NCBI RefSeq assembly: GCF_000195755.1
Contig: NC_002937.3
Span: 2,100,001 to 2,132,000 of the forward strand
DNA: 32,000 bases
Direction of reading: 5' to 3'
Source: Nitratidesulfovibrio vulgaris str. Hildenborough
GTDB taxonomy: Bacteria; Desulfobacterota; Desulfovibrionia; Desulfovibrionales; Desulfovibrionaceae
Below the pieces are notes generated by a model. It saw nothing but the letters and a program-made list of their open reading frames with translations, was not told the origin of the DNA and ran no database searches. Both the position numbers and the translations under genes were made by a program. Every line of letters starts with the position of its first letter. Position 1 is the first letter of the stretch. Shown here in pieces: positions 31,143-32,000 of the stretch.

Positions 31143-32000
31143 CTACGACACTTTGCTGCCGGGGGAGACCGGGCCGGAAACAGACACGAGTTCCATCCCC
31201 TCACCCTGACGGACGGCAAGGATCATCCCCTGCGATTCCAGCCCGCGCAGCTTGCGCGGAGCGAGGTTGGCAACCACAGCGACCTGACGCCCCTGCAACT
31301 GTTCAGGAGAGAAGTAGGCGGCAAGCCCCGCCACAATCTGCCGTGGCTTCTCCTCGCCGAGGTCGACTTCGACCCGCAGCAACTTGTCGGCGTTGGGATG
31401 ACGCTCGACTGCCACCACGGTTCCCATGCGGATGTCGACCTTCTGGAAGTCTTCGAAGTCGATCACTCCGGCATCCTCCGCGGGAGAAGCAGCAGGCGCA
31501 GGCGCAACAGCGGCAGGCTTGGCGTTCTTCGCCGTGCCGGCACCGTCGGCGGACTTGCCCTTTGAGGAAGCCACCTCGGCAGGCTCATCCTTCTCCCGCA
31601 CGAGTTCAACCCTCGGGAACAGGTTCGATGCCCCGGCGACCGTGGTGCCGGGCTGCAAGCCGCCCCATGTTTCGGCCTCGTTGCCAAGGTCGACTGCGTC
31701 GACGTTCACCTCGAGACCAAGCTGCGCCAGCATCGATGTCGCAGCCTCGGGCATGACGGGAAGCAGGTGCACCGCCACCTTGCGCATGGATTCGAGCAAG
31801 GTGTACATGACCGTGCCAAGTCGCTTGGTGTCGCCCTGCTTGAAGAGCGTCCAGGGTGCGGCGCTGTCTACGTACTTGTTGAGGGCACGCACGAGTTCCC
31901 ACAGCGATTCAAGGGCATTGGAGAAGCGCACACGACCGAAGAGGTTGCAGAAATTACGCTGGGCCTCGGCAGCGAGTGCCCGCAGGGTCTCGTCCTCTTC
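31143..32000 (-). CDS. metG: Methionyl-tRNA synthetase, C-terminal part (gene continues beyond the right edge)
   Basis: The frame is open to nt 32000 (hand-checked; the track start at 31931 is an internal GTG). The C-terminal tRNA-binding domain DFEDFQKVDIRMGTVVAVERHPNADKLLRVEVDLGEEKPRQIVAGLAAYFSPEQLQGRQVAVVANLAPRKLRGLESQGMILA parallels the E. coli MetRS C-terminus. Confidence 0.9.
   Translation of the reverse strand, partial: EEDETLRALAAEAQRNFCNLFGRVRFSNALESLWELVRALNKYVDSAAPWTLFKQGDTKRLGTVMYTLLESMRKVAVHLLPVMPEAATSMLAQLGLEVNVDAVDLGNEAETWGGLQPGTTVAGASNLFPRVELVREKDEPAEVASSKGKSADGAGTAKNAKPAAVAPAPAASPAEDAGVIDFEDFQKVDIRMGTVVAVERHPNADKLLRVEVDLGEEKPRQIVAGLAAYFSPEQLQGRQVAVVANLAPRKLRGLESQGMILAVRQGEGMELVSVSGPVSPGSKVS

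Noticed and set aside
31115-31756. 213-aa plus-strand ORF
   Set aside because: It is antisense to metG. Its extremely Arg/Pro-rich translation is not protein-like.

Overview
GC-rich (about 60% G+C on hand-counted 60-nt lines) bacterial chromosome segment, possibly from a Desulfovibrio-like organism (a guess from protein flavour only). About 29 kb of accessory DNA abuts an initiator tRNA-Met gene (29162..29238, minus). Core genes follow: a GT2 glycosyltransferase, a TVP38/DedA-like membrane protein and the 3' end of metG. Accessory content, left to right: (i) A minus-strand type 1 BREX operon, brxA-brxB-brxC-[ABC ATPase + small PD-(D/E)xK-like protein]-pglX-[GxxExxY protein]-pglZ (partial), joined mostly by overlapping stop/start codons. 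(ii) Its WYL (BrxR-like) regulator, split by an intact IS3-family/IS2-group element with a perfect 5-bp target duplication. (iii) A plus-strand mobile-element module: ERF annealase, Cas4-like Fe-S exonuclease, acidic small protein, ParE/RHH toxin-antitoxin (opposite strand), CobS/MoxR-like AAA+ ATPase, WGR protein, two paralogous Cys-motif proteins, DUF3150-like protein, Fic enzyme, HExxH+VWA (CobT-like) protein and small membrane peptides. (iv) A minus-strand RepA/DnaB-like helicase with an AlpA-like regulator, next to an AT-rich/iteron-like candidate origin. (v) A decayed IS3-family/IS407-group element. (vi) A roughly 30% G+C orphan gene of 432 codons. I saw no integrase, CRISPR array or rRNA. 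The top candidate for an undescribed system is the ATPase + nuclease-fold pair welded into the BREX operon (4703..6303). The second is the AAA+/WGR/DUF3150/Fic/VWA cluster (16979..22463), and the third is the low-GC orphan (27643..28941). All family names come from reading motifs and from recall, not from database searches.
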